IMG/VR virus record: IMGVR_UViG_3300043015_002491
Coordinates: 58,510-122,509 of that record
From: a virus
Direction: 5' to 3' (one strand)
Length of the DNA stretch: 64,000 nt
The translations under genes and the position numbers were made by a program. The notes below the pieces were generated by a model. It searched no databases. It was not told the origin of the DNA and was given only the letters and a program-made list of their open reading frames with translations. This document shows positions 47,401 to 57,079 of the stretch, one piece after another (within the stretch, counting starts at the first letter, position 1; the number at the start of each line of letters is the position of its first letter).

Positions 47401-49116
47401 TGGGTTTTTAATTCCACCTGGAGCGTATTTTTCATTACCACACTCAAGGGTAATGTAAGGTATATATGGTATAATCGCTTTACAGCTACAATTACCATTA
47501 GAATTAACACAACCAATACAAAAACCTTGCATACAACTTTTAAAACTAATACTTTTTATAAAAGGTAGTTTAGATATTGTAACCCTAATAACACAGACTA
47601 AAGTAGCTAGAGCTAAAATAGTAACACATATTAACCTTAAAATAACATTAAGTAATGCAACTATAATATTTAATAAAGGTATTAAGATAGAATTAATTAG
47701 TACTATTAAAGTTGCTATTACTTTAAGAATAATACATAAAACAGTAAACAACGGGTTAAGTTTAGTGTCTAATCTATTAAATGGGAATGGGTTATTAGAA
47801 CCTTCATCAACATCTTTAATACCTATAAAGTTCCTATTCTCAACACTTTTATTTGGTTGTAATCTAGGTAATAAATTCTTCACTGTATAAATCTTATTCC
47901 AAGACATTTCAGCAAAATGTTTATTCCTAGTTGTATTATCAAAACTGTAATCTGAATCATTATAATTAACTGGGTTATGAGGTACAAGGTATTTAGCTCT
48001 TGTTCTAAGTCTACCTTCCCCACCAGTTTCACTCATACTGATTCTAAACCTATATTTACCCTTAGTAGGTACACCCTTAGTTGGGTCATTTGATGGTACT
48101 AAAGTACCGTCTTCAGCGGTTACCTTATATTCTAAATTCATAGGTACTTGATAAGCCCAAGTACCATCTTCATCAATTAATTCACCTCCTTGGAAATCAT
48201 ATCTTTCAACATTACCATTAGGTGTTTTTCTAAGCATTTCGATTCTACCTTCACCAGTAACCACATCTGACATGTTACCTAAATTTTTTCTAGGTCTACA
48301 CTTCTTATTTACTGAATTTTTATCATTATCAGTAAATATAGAACCTATAAATAATGCATTTGGGACAATTCTGGTGTTTAAATCGACATCAGTTCTAGTG
48401 ATACCTATTTCACATTCTTCAGTATCACCCCAAAAAGGTAACACTGTAACACTAATAGGTGATATGGTTTTTATTTGCGTAGGTTTAGGGTCTTCATCTC
48501 TACCCTTAAATTTTGTATTTGATTCAAATTTAAATTCACTAACACCTTCTTTAATTAAATCATATGGTTTTTGTGATAAATAACCAATATCTGATAAATC
48601 TGCTTCAACATGCATGTAATGAGTACCTACTGGTACACCAAAAATCATAAAGTCACCAGACTGATTTGTTGTTGTTGTAAATTTATAATATTTACAAAAT
48701 ATTTCACCCATTTCTGGGTTATCTTGTACTTGTCTCTTATTTGGGAATGTCCCTACTGGTGTAAAACATTCATCCTTACCTCTACCGTTCCTTTGTAATA
48801 AATTATAAGGTATCCCATCCTTATCTTTATCTGTTACAATTTCATATGGGTATAACCCAAATATTTCTGGGTCTAATTTATCTTCTTCATCAATCGGAAT
48901 AAATATAGAAACTTTTGTGTTTGGTACACCAAGACCGTTATTAACTATAACTCTACCTACCACAACACCGTAGTCAGAACAAAATCTTCTATAAGCTTCA
49001 TCTTGTGAAATCTTAAGCGAAAGTATTTCAATAAAATCGAACTTTTGGTCGATTTTTAAATTTACTGATTTTTCTCCACCACCAGGAGTGGTTCTTATTC
49101 TAATATTATCCGACAT
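44452..49116 (-). CDS. Large virion protein with long hydrophobic segment and SprB-type repeats
   Basis: N-term YGVVVGRV...GVP domain; ~55-aa hydrophobic stretch; ITCFGADDG, ISCYGGNDG, GGVPPYTYKW, G.Y.V.V.D..G repeats. Confidence 0.7.
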   Translation of the reverse strand: MSDNIRIRTTPGGGEKSVNLKIDQKFDFIEILSLKISQDEAYRRFCSDYGVVVGRVIVNNGLGVPNTKVSIFIPIDEEDKLDPEIFGLYPYEIVTDKDKDGIPYNLLQRNGRGKDECFTPVGTFPNKRQVQDNPEMGEIFCKYYKFTTTTNQSGDFMIFGVPVGTHYMHVEADLSDIGYLSQKPYDLIKEGVSEFKFESNTKFKGRDEDPKPTQIKTISPISVTVLPFWGDTEECEIGITRTDVDLNTRIVPNALFIGSIFTDNDKNSVNKKCRPRKNLGNMSDVVTGEGRIEMLRKTPNGNVERYDFQGGELIDEDGTWAYQVPMNLEYKVTAEDGTLVPSNDPTKGVPTKGKYRFRISMSETGGEGRLRTRAKYLVPHNPVNYNDSDYSFDNTTRNKHFAEMSWNKIYTVKNLLPRLQPNKSVENRNFIGIKDVDEGSNNPFPFNRLDTKLNPLFTVLCIILKVIATLIVLINSILIPLLNIIVALLNVILRLICVTILALATLVCVIRVTISKLPFIKSISFKSCMQGFCIGCVNSNGNCSCKAIIPYIPYITLECGNEKYAPGGIKNPFPYTKTWEATQKFTGVSNDEPSEKNSCPSPPPNGSALQFHYPDDGDPGHKFFDTIPPGDAGWSNCVAIQLAEQLNVFKFDFYNDWINGTLYSFLLKYKLKVKKSGNKEKYCDFNCEKSGSDNNCKTNYIVDSGTIGWPQFVADTTPNPIGVNSRRHVKTKEGYIKKFGDEFYYAAYSRTSNMKLWATDIVSLGSMSDCDWEGIPKVYDSFVDTTFNKPPLTSEYEETVYNASTGKWEESGVIEVSGFDTDGFINPGSLIASVTCIGIITNKDNTTNIRRLCELGVGLDELREDNSGSILTVDDKITNTDVDNAFIRGTFAYVNGLTPVVTPGNPTVVPNSIPFVYFDKAPTITSIFPTSNSVLQDKNYENFRGPITNNDVWQYENSFYFYFGLIPGKTALQKMKRKYFVPCITEQEVDFTCIVKELVNDDDDPNNGTGKITIEMLGGVPPYTYKWTGPTVTISGNIVQYPLVDDQPTIDNLFGGVYSVKVLDSIGNESNCSFTVPGPQGVTCFIDSQPASQQGSNDGVITINASQGLPDYIYEIFDSNNILITSGTFQSSVTVTGDNTKPLIAGEYTIVVKDSGDVQTQCQSSVIIKEPDLPIITLNTTDITCFGADDGIASLNVTGGVQGTNPAPKIEWKDSAGNLVLGSYGTDSGGVYQSFNLINDFSQGTYDVIYTDAAGQTVSQSFTINEPSQIQISTQNKKNISCYGGNDGYLEYKVIGGTGNYEVTINGAAPNNTLLNDSPLPSGSGWQVLNNLYSSSLNDGGGNLKIKVKDENDCEEEIEVEILGPYSALIGGRINEIKPLKVEWYDDPIQGCIPDYLNSPCQNLKIEVKDFDGGWGDTYASRNSFNTGTGTRYGRYKFEIWTRKGGGTWDRTNLTFNQPNLDIKNPFTGWPSVSYTFPSTYNVIDSNGNVISTLNNVLDWDREYKVKVISYEFNDPSVKCEKWVNGSILVESYNSVIPTFCLPPATCKAVSKKI

Positions 49117-49123
49117 TTATATT

Positions 49124-49483
49124 TTATTTTTCCTCGTCTGTTATATCTTCAACATCCATCATAACAAGGTCTTCTTCATCATACTCATCATCATCATCAT
49201 AATCTTCATCATCACCCTTATCTTTAATCCCTAAAGTAGTACCTATACTAACTAAAGCACCTGTTACATTAACACTTTCGTTCAAATAAATCGTTTTAAA
49301 CAAAATATATGCAGTAAAAGGGAATATGATAGGTAATATTATCACTAATGAAATAAGGTATAAAAATGTTTTAACTATAAAAATTAATAAACCAACCCAA
49401 CTGAATCTATTTTTTATTTCAACATTTTCATTGGTATCGAATCCTAAAACATTTTCTCTACCACTTTTACAATTACAACCCAT
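49124..49483 (-). CDS. Small membrane protein with MGCNCK N-terminus and acidic tail
   Basis: Hydrophobic core aa ~30-62; D/E-rich end. Confidence 0.7.
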   Translation of the reverse strand: MGCNCKSGRENVLGFDTNENVEIKNRFSWVGLLIFIVKTFLYLISLVIILPIIFPFTAYILFKTIYLNESVNVTGALVSIGTTLGIKDKGDDEDYDDDDEYDEEDLVMMDVEDITDEEK

Positions 49484-49547
49484 AATTTTTATTTTTTTTT
49501 TAAACTGTTATAATTAAATATAACAATTAAAAAAGATAAAGTGAATA

Positions 49548-51365
49548 TTATTTAACTCTTACCTTTATATCTGTTGCTGGATATTTAATTTCAAACATAC
49601 CAATTGGGTCGCCAAAAAGTGTGTATTCACCCAATAAGTCTATTTGTCTTGTAGCATTATCACTATATGGTTGAGGTACTTCATTACTTGAATACTTACC
49701 ACCCCCAACTTTATTATAAACTCTTAAATCAATGACATTCAATACACCTGGTACATTATTTATTTGCTCAATAAGTTGTGCTAAATAAATATTATCACCC
49801 ATACCCCATTTATTAATATCAAAATAATCTCTTATAGTGGTAACTACTTGAGAAATCACTTCTGATTGAGAGAACTGTTTATCAACAAATAAATCAGCTT
49901 CAAAACCTAAATTAAAGACTTTACCATTATCAACTTCTATATAGTCATTAATCATTCTGTAGTCAGAAAGATAAGTCGCTATATTGTCCTTAAGTGTTGA
50001 TGTTAATGAAGTACTTAACTTACTTTCTTCATCTAATACAAGGGTATAAACCTTAACTTTGTTTTGAATCTCCATTACATTATTTCTGAATGGAATACCA
50101 AATTCCCCTGGCATAAGAGCAATTCTTGTTTTATAATCTTCAATAGTAACACATCTTTCTTGTGACGAGAAATTATATCTAACAAGATTCCTTAATTCTT
50201 CTATTGAAGGTTCATCCTTACCACCTAATGCTGGTAGTGGATTATTAACCTTAAGTGAATTAATAACTCTTTGGTTATTAGTAGGGTTAGAACCGTTAAC
50301 TGCCATGTTTTTTTGCGTAACAGTTGTTATAACATTAGGTCCTATATTTGTATTAGCACCACCACCAACTCTATATGATATAAACATCGTTTTATTAGGA
50401 CTTACTGTTAACCCTAATGATGTATTATTAATAAAGTCACCTATCCTATTAACTAAGTTTTTATTTACGTCAAATTCACAAAGCGCTGAAATGTCTTCAG
50501 TACCACCTCCAAATATAATCTTAGTAAATCCATTATCCGTATATTCTCTAATAAATCTTTGGTCTATTCTTTTGAATTTACCTGGCTTAACAGTTGAATT
50601 ATCACTTAACCTTGTATTGTCTGGTATAAATAATAAATCATCAGCTAAGGCGTTAACTTCATACCATCTAAGGTCTTCACTATAAAATTGAGCATTTGTT
50701 GGGTTATTTGAATAATTTGTACCATCAAGTGTAATTATTGAGTTAATTGATAATACATTATCATCTGGTAATATAACCTCAAAAAACGGTTTAACATCTG
50801 AACTACTAATAGTTCTTTTGAAAATCTTAGTTAAACCATTAACAACCATTTCTCTCTTTGTTATTGTATAATTGATGACATTACCATTGTTATCAAGATT
50901 TGGTAAAACAAGTCTATTAGGAATACCACCAGTAGTAAATGGACTAGAAAAATCAATTTCATCCATTGTTTCAAATATTTTACCAGCACCACTAACTTGA
51001 CACCCCCTATCAATAATAGGGCAATAACTAACATCAAATGTATCCCCTAATACTGGTACCGTAACTGAAAAGTCACAGATAGTCACTGATGGTCTTTTAC
51101 CAGGAACCTTAAGGCCAAACGTTCTAGCCATTGAAAGAATTGAATTTCTTTCTTGTGCAAAATCAATTTGTGTTTCTTGAAACATTCGGTCAGTATGGAA
51201 TGAAAGCATATCCCCAACAGCAGCGTTAAGTTCCAAAAGCATCATACCAACACTGGCATCGTTATAGTCATTAAAAATATCTGGATAATATTGTCTAACA
51301 AAACTAAGTAGTTCTGTTCTTACATCGGCAAAATTCCTAGCGTAATAATTTATTTTTTTAGCCAT
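49548..51365 (-). CDS. Baseplate wedge protein (T4 gp6 / Baseplate_J-like)
   Basis: RNFADVR..L...YP...ND...SVGMMLLEL.A.VGD.LSF..D; YRVGGG; GGKDEPSIEELR; QERCVTIEDY. Confidence 0.85.
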   Translation of the reverse strand: MAKKINYYARNFADVRTELLSFVRQYYPDIFNDYNDASVGMMLLELNAAVGDMLSFHTDRMFQETQIDFAQERNSILSMARTFGLKVPGKRPSVTICDFSVTVPVLGDTFDVSYCPIIDRGCQVSGAGKIFETMDEIDFSSPFTTGGIPNRLVLPNLDNNGNVINYTITKREMVVNGLTKIFKRTISSSDVKPFFEVILPDDNVLSINSIITLDGTNYSNNPTNAQFYSEDLRWYEVNALADDLLFIPDNTRLSDNSTVKPGKFKRIDQRFIREYTDNGFTKIIFGGGTEDISALCEFDVNKNLVNRIGDFINNTSLGLTVSPNKTMFISYRVGGGANTNIGPNVITTVTQKNMAVNGSNPTNNQRVINSLKVNNPLPALGGKDEPSIEELRNLVRYNFSSQERCVTIEDYKTRIALMPGEFGIPFRNNVMEIQNKVKVYTLVLDEESKLSTSLTSTLKDNIATYLSDYRMINDYIEVDNGKVFNLGFEADLFVDKQFSQSEVISQVVTTIRDYFDINKWGMGDNIYLAQLIEQINNVPGVLNVIDLRVYNKVGGGKYSSNEVPQPYSDNATRQIDLLGEYTLFGDPIGMFEIKYPATDIKVRVK

Positions 51366-51377
51366 AATTAGTTTTTT

Positions 51378-51767
51378 TTATACTTGTATAATAACAAAGT
51401 CAGTTTCTTGAAAAACACCTTCTGTTACTGTGTAATCAATTCTTATAGTAGTTAAAGCTTCATTTTCTTCTGATTGCTCAACAATAACATCGTTTATTTG
51501 TAAATTAGGTAAATATTTTTTTACTGTATCAGTAATATCTTGTTTAATAGCATTAAGTGTTGTCGTATCATTTGGTTCAAAAATAAATTTAAGTAAATCA
51601 GTACCAAATTCTGGCATGTAAAGCCTTTCACCCTTCCTAGTAAGTATTAAATGCATTAAATCTGATTTAATAGCGTGTTTATCACTATTATTTAATTCAA
51701 CAAAGAAACCTCTTTTACTTTCTTGAAATGGGAATGCTATATTTATATATTTTCCGTTTCCAGCCAT
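51378..51767 (-). CDS. Baseplate gp25-like protein (GPW/gp25)
   Basis: IKSDL.HLILTRKGERLYMPEFGT.L..FIFEP; start likely MAGNG at 51767. Confidence 0.9.
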   Translation of the reverse strand: MAGNGKYINIAFPFQESKRGFFVELNNSDKHAIKSDLMHLILTRKGERLYMPEFGTDLLKFIFEPNDTTTLNAIKQDITDTVKKYLPNLQINDVIVEQSEENEALTTIRIDYTVTEGVFQETDFVIIQV

Positions 51768-51783
51768 ATTATTCACTTTATAG

Positions 51784-51803
51784 ATAAATATGATAATAAA
51801 TAT
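51784..51803 (-). promoter_or_regulatory. Tandem putative late promoters ATATTTAT heading the baseplate operon
   Basis: ataaatat at 51784-51791 and 51796-51803, just after the nrdA terminator. Confidence 0.6.
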
Positions 51804-51825
51804 TTTTGAAAAATAAATAGAACAA

Positions 51826-51859
51826 TAAAAAAAGGGGAAATCTTTCGAAATCCCCTTTT
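51826..51859 (-). terminator. Intrinsic terminator after nrdA
   Basis: aaaagggga...tcccctttt hairpin. Confidence 0.75.
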
Positions 51860-51888
51860 AATATTAAAAAAATTTAAGCTTCACAGCC

Positions 51889-54051
51889 TCACGCATCGCA
51901 TCCACCACCAGCACAGGTAAACATAGAGTTTTCTGGTTTCTTAACAACTTGTGTATTGTCAGTAGCAGATAATTTCTTATTGCTACCTAATTTAGATTTA
52001 GTTCTAGTATAATAAGCACCAGTTTTAAGTCCATTCTTCCAAGCATAAACTAATGCGCTTGAAATTTTTGAGTACTTAGCATCCGAATGGTACACATTAA
52101 GAGATTGTGACTGGTCTACATACTTATTTCTTATAATAGATAAGTCTAATAAAGCCTTTTGAGGGATTTCCCAAACAGTTTTATATCTGAATCTTATATC
52201 TTCTGGAATCTCAGAAATATCTTGAACACTACCTTCATTGGCGATTAATTGATTCCTAACCTCTTCAGTCCATAACCCTAATTCATCTAATTCTTCAACT
52301 AAGTACTTGTTTACAACAATAAACTCACCATCACCAACCATTCTTGTAAAAATATTAGATGTGATTGGTTCAAAACATTCAAACGCACCTAAAAGAATTG
52401 CAGATGATGCGGTAGGCATAAGACCTAATAAAAGTGAATTCATCATAGGGATTGGTTCACCCTCTTTTAATGGGGACCATCCTTCAATATAAGTTTCACC
52501 TCTTGAATACATTGAACCTTCATATGCTGGATAATTTTCACCAGTTTCTATAGCTAAAGCCATTGATTCTTCAACAGCAGATTTATACATTGCTTCAAAA
52601 ATCTTTTCAGTCCATTCCTTAGCCTCTTCAGATTCAAAAGATATTTTTTTCTTAGCAAAAAAGTCAGCCATACCAGCAACACCAATAGCAATAGCTCTTT
52701 GGTCCATACCAGCATTAGCACTCCATTCATCAGACCATTTATTCCTAGTTATTACTTGATTTAATGCTCTAACTAAAACCTTAACAGATTTTGAAATACT
52801 CTTAATATCATCATGTTCAGCTAAATTAACTGAAGCTAATGTACATTGTGGTGTATAACCTGGTTTAGAAGCTTGCATAATTTCGATACAAAGATTTGAT
52901 TGTGCAACCACACCAATATTATCTTGCATATTCCTTCTATTAGCATTGTCCTTATAGAAAACATAAGGTGTACCAGATTCTACTTGAGAACGAATGATTG
53001 CATCCCAAATCTTTCTTGGTTCGACTTTGTGACCTAAACCTAAGTCGATAGCTTTATTATATTCTTCTTTAAATTCTTCACCATGAATAGTGTGGAAAGG
53101 TTTAAGACCAGCTTCGATAATATCATTTGGGCAGAATAAATAATATGCTTGATTATCGGTAAGTGCTTTCATGAATACATCATCAACACTTACAGCTGTA
53201 AATAAATCTCTAGCTCTATTTAACTCTTCACCAATAGGAAGTCTTAACTCTAAGAATTCAAGAATATCTCTATGCCAAGTTGATAAGTATAAAGCACAAG
53301 AACCAGACCTATTACCTTGTTTATAGAATCTCATATGAGATTGTACCATATCAGCAAATCTAACGACACCACCAGCATAACCCTTAAATGACTTTACAAG
53401 GCTTCTAGAACTTCTTAAAACATCGATATTAAGTCCAATACCAGAACCTTCTTTAGAACCATGGGAAATCTTATCAAGAGTAGCATTAATACCCTCAATA
53501 GAATCATCATAAAGAGTAGTAAGGTTACAAGAAATCATACCATTTCTACCTTCAACTCCAGAGTTAGAAAGAATAGGTGTAGCAAAATTAATTTTCTTTT
53601 CAGATAACTCAACCTTTAACTTTCTTCTTTCTTTAAAAGAATCTGGATATAAATGATGTGCAACTCTATCATGCATCATTGATGGAATTTCTACTGGTAC
53701 CCCTTCTGAATTTTTCATTGAGTACTTCTTAAGGAATGTAGAAGCCGCAAATGTATCAAATAAATCATCTACTGGCATTGTTTCAACTTCCAATAACTTT
53801 GATTGTCTTGAAATTAGAATCCTCCCACCTAACACAGCGTAGTCTGGGTGTTGAATAGATAAATCAGCACATTGAAATGCTATAATTTCATCAATATCCG
53901 TAGCAGTCATACCATCAGTAATATGTGGTACAACCTTTTGGAATAATAACGTATTATCTACCTTAAGACTCTTAGATTGTTGTTTAAGTCTTGTAAGGAT
54001 TTTATTAGGGTTAAACGCTTGTTTACGTCCATCTCTTTTTATTATCTTCAT
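51889..54051 (-). CDS. nrdA: Ribonucleotide reductase class Ia alpha subunit
   Basis: ATP cone IIKRDGR, ATPIL, SC, SNLCIEI, CTLAS, MPTASS, DQSQS, GLKTGAYY, C-terminal CxxxxC. Confidence 0.95.
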   Translation of the reverse strand: MKIIKRDGRKQAFNPNKILTRLKQQSKSLKVDNTLLFQKVVPHITDGMTATDIDEIIAFQCADLSIQHPDYAVLGGRILISRQSKLLEVETMPVDDLFDTFAASTFLKKYSMKNSEGVPVEIPSMMHDRVAHHLYPDSFKERRKLKVELSEKKINFATPILSNSGVEGRNGMISCNLTTLYDDSIEGINATLDKISHGSKEGSGIGLNIDVLRSSRSLVKSFKGYAGGVVRFADMVQSHMRFYKQGNRSGSCALYLSTWHRDILEFLELRLPIGEELNRARDLFTAVSVDDVFMKALTDNQAYYLFCPNDIIEAGLKPFHTIHGEEFKEEYNKAIDLGLGHKVEPRKIWDAIIRSQVESGTPYVFYKDNANRRNMQDNIGVVAQSNLCIEIMQASKPGYTPQCTLASVNLAEHDDIKSISKSVKVLVRALNQVITRNKWSDEWSANAGMDQRAIAIGVAGMADFFAKKKISFESEEAKEWTEKIFEAMYKSAVEESMALAIETGENYPAYEGSMYSRGETYIEGWSPLKEGEPIPMMNSLLLGLMPTASSAILLGAFECFEPITSNIFTRMVGDGEFIVVNKYLVEELDELGLWTEEVRNQLIANEGSVQDISEIPEDIRFRYKTVWEIPQKALLDLSIIRNKYVDQSQSLNVYHSDAKYSKISSALVYAWKNGLKTGAYYTRTKSKLGSNKKLSATDNTQVVKKPENSMFTCAGGGCDA

Positions 54052-54076
54052 TATATTTTTTTTGTTATATTAATTA

Positions 54077-55036
54077 TTAAAAATCATCAGAACCAAAAAT
54101 ATCTTCATGTTCTTCTGGCATCTCAACTCTTGTATAACCACCCCCAGTTCTTCTTTCAAAGAAATTATTTTTAGATGATAATCCAATCTTTTTCATGTAA
54201 TCAAGTGGGTTCTTAACATTGAAGTGTGTTTCTCCAATAAAATCCTTTAACACAACATCTGTTACGAATTCAACATATTGAATCATCATTTCTTTAGTAA
54301 GGCCTGGTAAACCTTCTGGTAAAGACTCTTCTACGAATTTCTTTTCAGTTTCATAACAAGAAAGAATAACTTCTTTCATAGCTTCTTTACTAGGTTTGTA
54401 TTCATCTTTAACATATTGTTTAAACATTTGTACAGCGAACTCATAGTGAAAACCTTCATCTCTAAGGATAAGTTCATTCATCTCAGCTAATCCTGGCATC
54501 TTATTTCTACTTCTAAAATAGAACACACCAGCAAATACACTAGAAAATGCAATACCTTCAACACATGCGAATGCGATTAATTTTTCCACAAACGTACCAT
54601 TATTTAACCAATTCTCAGCCCATGAAGCTTTAGCATTAACGGCTGGGTTAGTAATCATAGAATTGAATAAATCAGTCTTCTCTTTATTATCCTTAATATA
54701 AGTATCGATTAGAAGAGAATAACCATTAGCATGTACTTGTTCAATAAATGCTTGGTGTTGGTAGTAATACTTAGCTTCTTCAATATCTACGTTTGTTATA
54801 ACATTATCACAAAGATTTTCAATCACTAATCCATCAGATATAGTAAAGAAAGCTAAAATATTTTTTAAATAAAACTTCTCATCATTACTTAACTCATCGT
54901 ATCTATCTTGAGCTAAATTAACTTCTTCTGCAACCCACGTTTGTTTCTCAGCTGCCTTGTACGCATCCCATAAGTCTTGATTCTTAATAGGGAAAATAGA
55001 ATACCTTTTCTCTGTATCCGAATTTTTTAAATACAT
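54077..55036 (-). CDS. nrdB: Ribonucleotide reductase class Ia beta subunit
   Basis: W.AEE, LAFF, EQVHANGYS, VEGIAFS, RDEGFH, NFFE.R...Y. Confidence 0.95.
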   Translation of the reverse strand: MYLKNSDTEKRYSIFPIKNQDLWDAYKAAEKQTWVAEEVNLAQDRYDELSNDEKFYLKNILAFFTISDGLVIENLCDNVITNVDIEEAKYYYQHQAFIEQVHANGYSLLIDTYIKDNKEKTDLFNSMITNPAVNAKASWAENWLNNGTFVEKLIAFACVEGIAFSSVFAGVFYFRSRNKMPGLAEMNELILRDEGFHYEFAVQMFKQYVKDEYKPSKEAMKEVILSCYETEKKFVEESLPEGLPGLTKEMMIQYVEFVTDVVLKDFIGETHFNVKNPLDYMKKIGLSSKNNFFERRTGGGYTRVEMPEEHEDIFGSDDF

Positions 55037-55043
55037 ATTATTT

Positions 55044-56486
55044 TTAATTTAAATTTTGATTATTATCCTCAACTCCACTAGCTTGTTGCCTCTTAATCAT
55101 TGCATCTCTTAACATGTTAACACGTTCTTGAGCTTTCACTTCTTTTACTTCTTCTGTTTGAAGGAATGTCTTACCTTGTTCTCCACCTTCGGTCATATCA
55201 ATCTTAATTCTACCGTTATCAAATATGATATCTTCAAATACGATTCCGTCTTTACCAAATCTAGATTTCAAAATGGCCATATTAGCATGCCCACTTTCTT
55301 TCTGTTCAAGGGATTTAGCAATAGAAACAATAAAGTGTCCAATTTGACCTTTCTTAATTGAACCACCAATCATTGTAGAATCAACAGTTTCTGCGTTAAT
55401 CGCACTTCTGTTACCTTGTACCGCTGTCCAACCAGCAATATCTAATTCTGCTAACATGGTTTCAAATTGTCTCATTACATTACCCTCACCAGCATATTCG
55501 TCTTTAAAAGCCTTTGTAGGTTGAACACAATCAATGTAGTCAACTAAAACGATATCTGGTCTAAATCCTTGCGCAATCAGCTTTTTAATATATTGCTTGA
55601 TGTGAGGTATTGTTGTACCATCACTAGGGAATTTCTTTAATTTAATTACACCTGGTTGCGCTTCTCTTTGACTAGCTATATTAAAAACTAATTCCTTATT
55701 AGGACTTAAATCATTAAGTGTTATATCAACGTCTGGTTCTAAGTTAGCCCAACATGTCAAGTGTTTTCTTTGGATAACCTTTGGGTTGTCTTCAAAGAAT
55801 ATCTGTAGAACGTTTTGTCCTACGTTTTTAGCGTGGTTTGCAATCTTAGTGAACATTGTTGTCTTACCAACACCAAAAGCCGCTAAAATCACTGCTAATT
55901 CACCCTTAGATAAACCACCATCCATATACGAATCAAGCCCATTAATACCAGTTGGTATTGGGTTTCTGAAATCATCGGCTAATACATGTTCTAAATCATT
56001 AAATACATCTATACCGTCATCCTTGTTTTCTCCAACCTCTAAAGCTTTCTTAAGTATTTCTTCACACTTAATGTAGTCTTCAAGGTCACCCTTTTCAATA
56101 ATTTCATTTATTTCCTTAACTGATTTTTTAAGTTCTTGTTGTTTACAGAACTTCATAGCTGTATCTTGGACATACAAACCATTATTTAAATCAGCATTCT
56201 TAATTCTATCATATCTATCTAACTGTAACTGTTTTTCGATATCATCAGTGGTATTACTAACAAGAATAGATTCCAGACTTTGAATGTCTGGAATATTCTC
56301 GTATTCATCATAAAAATCAATTATTTTTCCACAAACAACTCTTAAAAAACTATCTTCAAAATAATTTGGGTTTAAAATATCAACAATAGACTCACCAAAC
56401 CTTCTATCGACTAAAATTTGTTGTAATAATCTGTGTTGAAAATCTACACCTAAATAACCTAAATTGTCTTTGTTTATTTTACCCAT
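55044..56486 (-). CDS. dnaB: Replicative DnaB-like helicase
   Basis: IPTG...LD....GGL..GEL, Walker A GVGKTT, VDYID, WTAVQGNR, KSRFG. Confidence 0.9.
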   Translation of the reverse strand: MGKINKDNLGYLGVDFQHRLLQQILVDRRFGESIVDILNPNYFEDSFLRVVCGKIIDFYDEYENIPDIQSLESILVSNTTDDIEKQLQLDRYDRIKNADLNNGLYVQDTAMKFCKQQELKKSVKEINEIIEKGDLEDYIKCEEILKKALEVGENKDDGIDVFNDLEHVLADDFRNPIPTGINGLDSYMDGGLSKGELAVILAAFGVGKTTMFTKIANHAKNVGQNVLQIFFEDNPKVIQRKHLTCWANLEPDVDITLNDLSPNKELVFNIASQREAQPGVIKLKKFPSDGTTIPHIKQYIKKLIAQGFRPDIVLVDYIDCVQPTKAFKDEYAGEGNVMRQFETMLAELDIAGWTAVQGNRSAINAETVDSTMIGGSIKKGQIGHFIVSIAKSLEQKESGHANMAILKSRFGKDGIVFEDIIFDNGRIKIDMTEGGEQGKTFLQTEEVKEVKAQERVNMLRDAMIKRQQASGVEDNNQNLN

Positions 56487-56514
56487 TTTTTAAAACTTGT
56501 ATTTAATAAATATG

Positions 56515-57072
56515 TTAGTTAATTTCAAAATCATATGGTGGAAACTCAAAAGTTAAGTCATACCCCTCATATGTTGTTGTATAGCTATTTCTAGAAAAAT
56601 ATTCTTGAATTTCATCAATAATATCTGGTATAATTTCTCTGATATTAACTGCATATCTTACATCAGTTTGAAACCAGTTACCAGAAAATGCTGATGTGGC
56701 AACAACTTTCTTATCAACCTTAATTTCAAACGTAAATAAGTCTTCATCTTCGAAGATATTTTTATTCTCATCACCAGTATTAATTCTATACGGGTTGTAA
56801 GTATTCCAACAAACTTCCTTTGAAAGCTTTTTAAAATAGCTAGGGATAATACCCATACTACCAATAGTTCCTACCTCAACACCTACAATGTTATCCATTA
56901 ACTCTTTAAGTTCATAAGATTTTAAAACATCTTCATTATAACCCCTTACATCAAAAAGTCTTTGACAAATGATGTGATTATCACCATTTTTCTCTTTACC
57001 ATTCTTTTTGTAAAGAATGAATTCAAATCTAAAATTTTCCCAGAAATTCTTCTTACTTTTTTGGTTTTTCAT
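56515..57072 (-). CDS. Hypothetical protein in replication block
   Basis: 185 aa; IICQRLF, VRYAVNIREIIP. Confidence 0.75.
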   Translation of the reverse strand: MKNQKSKKNFWENFRFEFILYKKNGKEKNGDNHIICQRLFDVRGYNEDVLKSYELKELMDNIVGVEVGTIGSMGIIPSYFKKLSKEVCWNTYNPYRINTGDENKNIFEDEDLFTFEIKVDKKVVATSAFSGNWFQTDVRYAVNIREIIPDIIDEIQEYFSRNSYTTTYEGYDLTFEFPPYDFEIN

Positions 57073-57079
57073 ATTTAAT

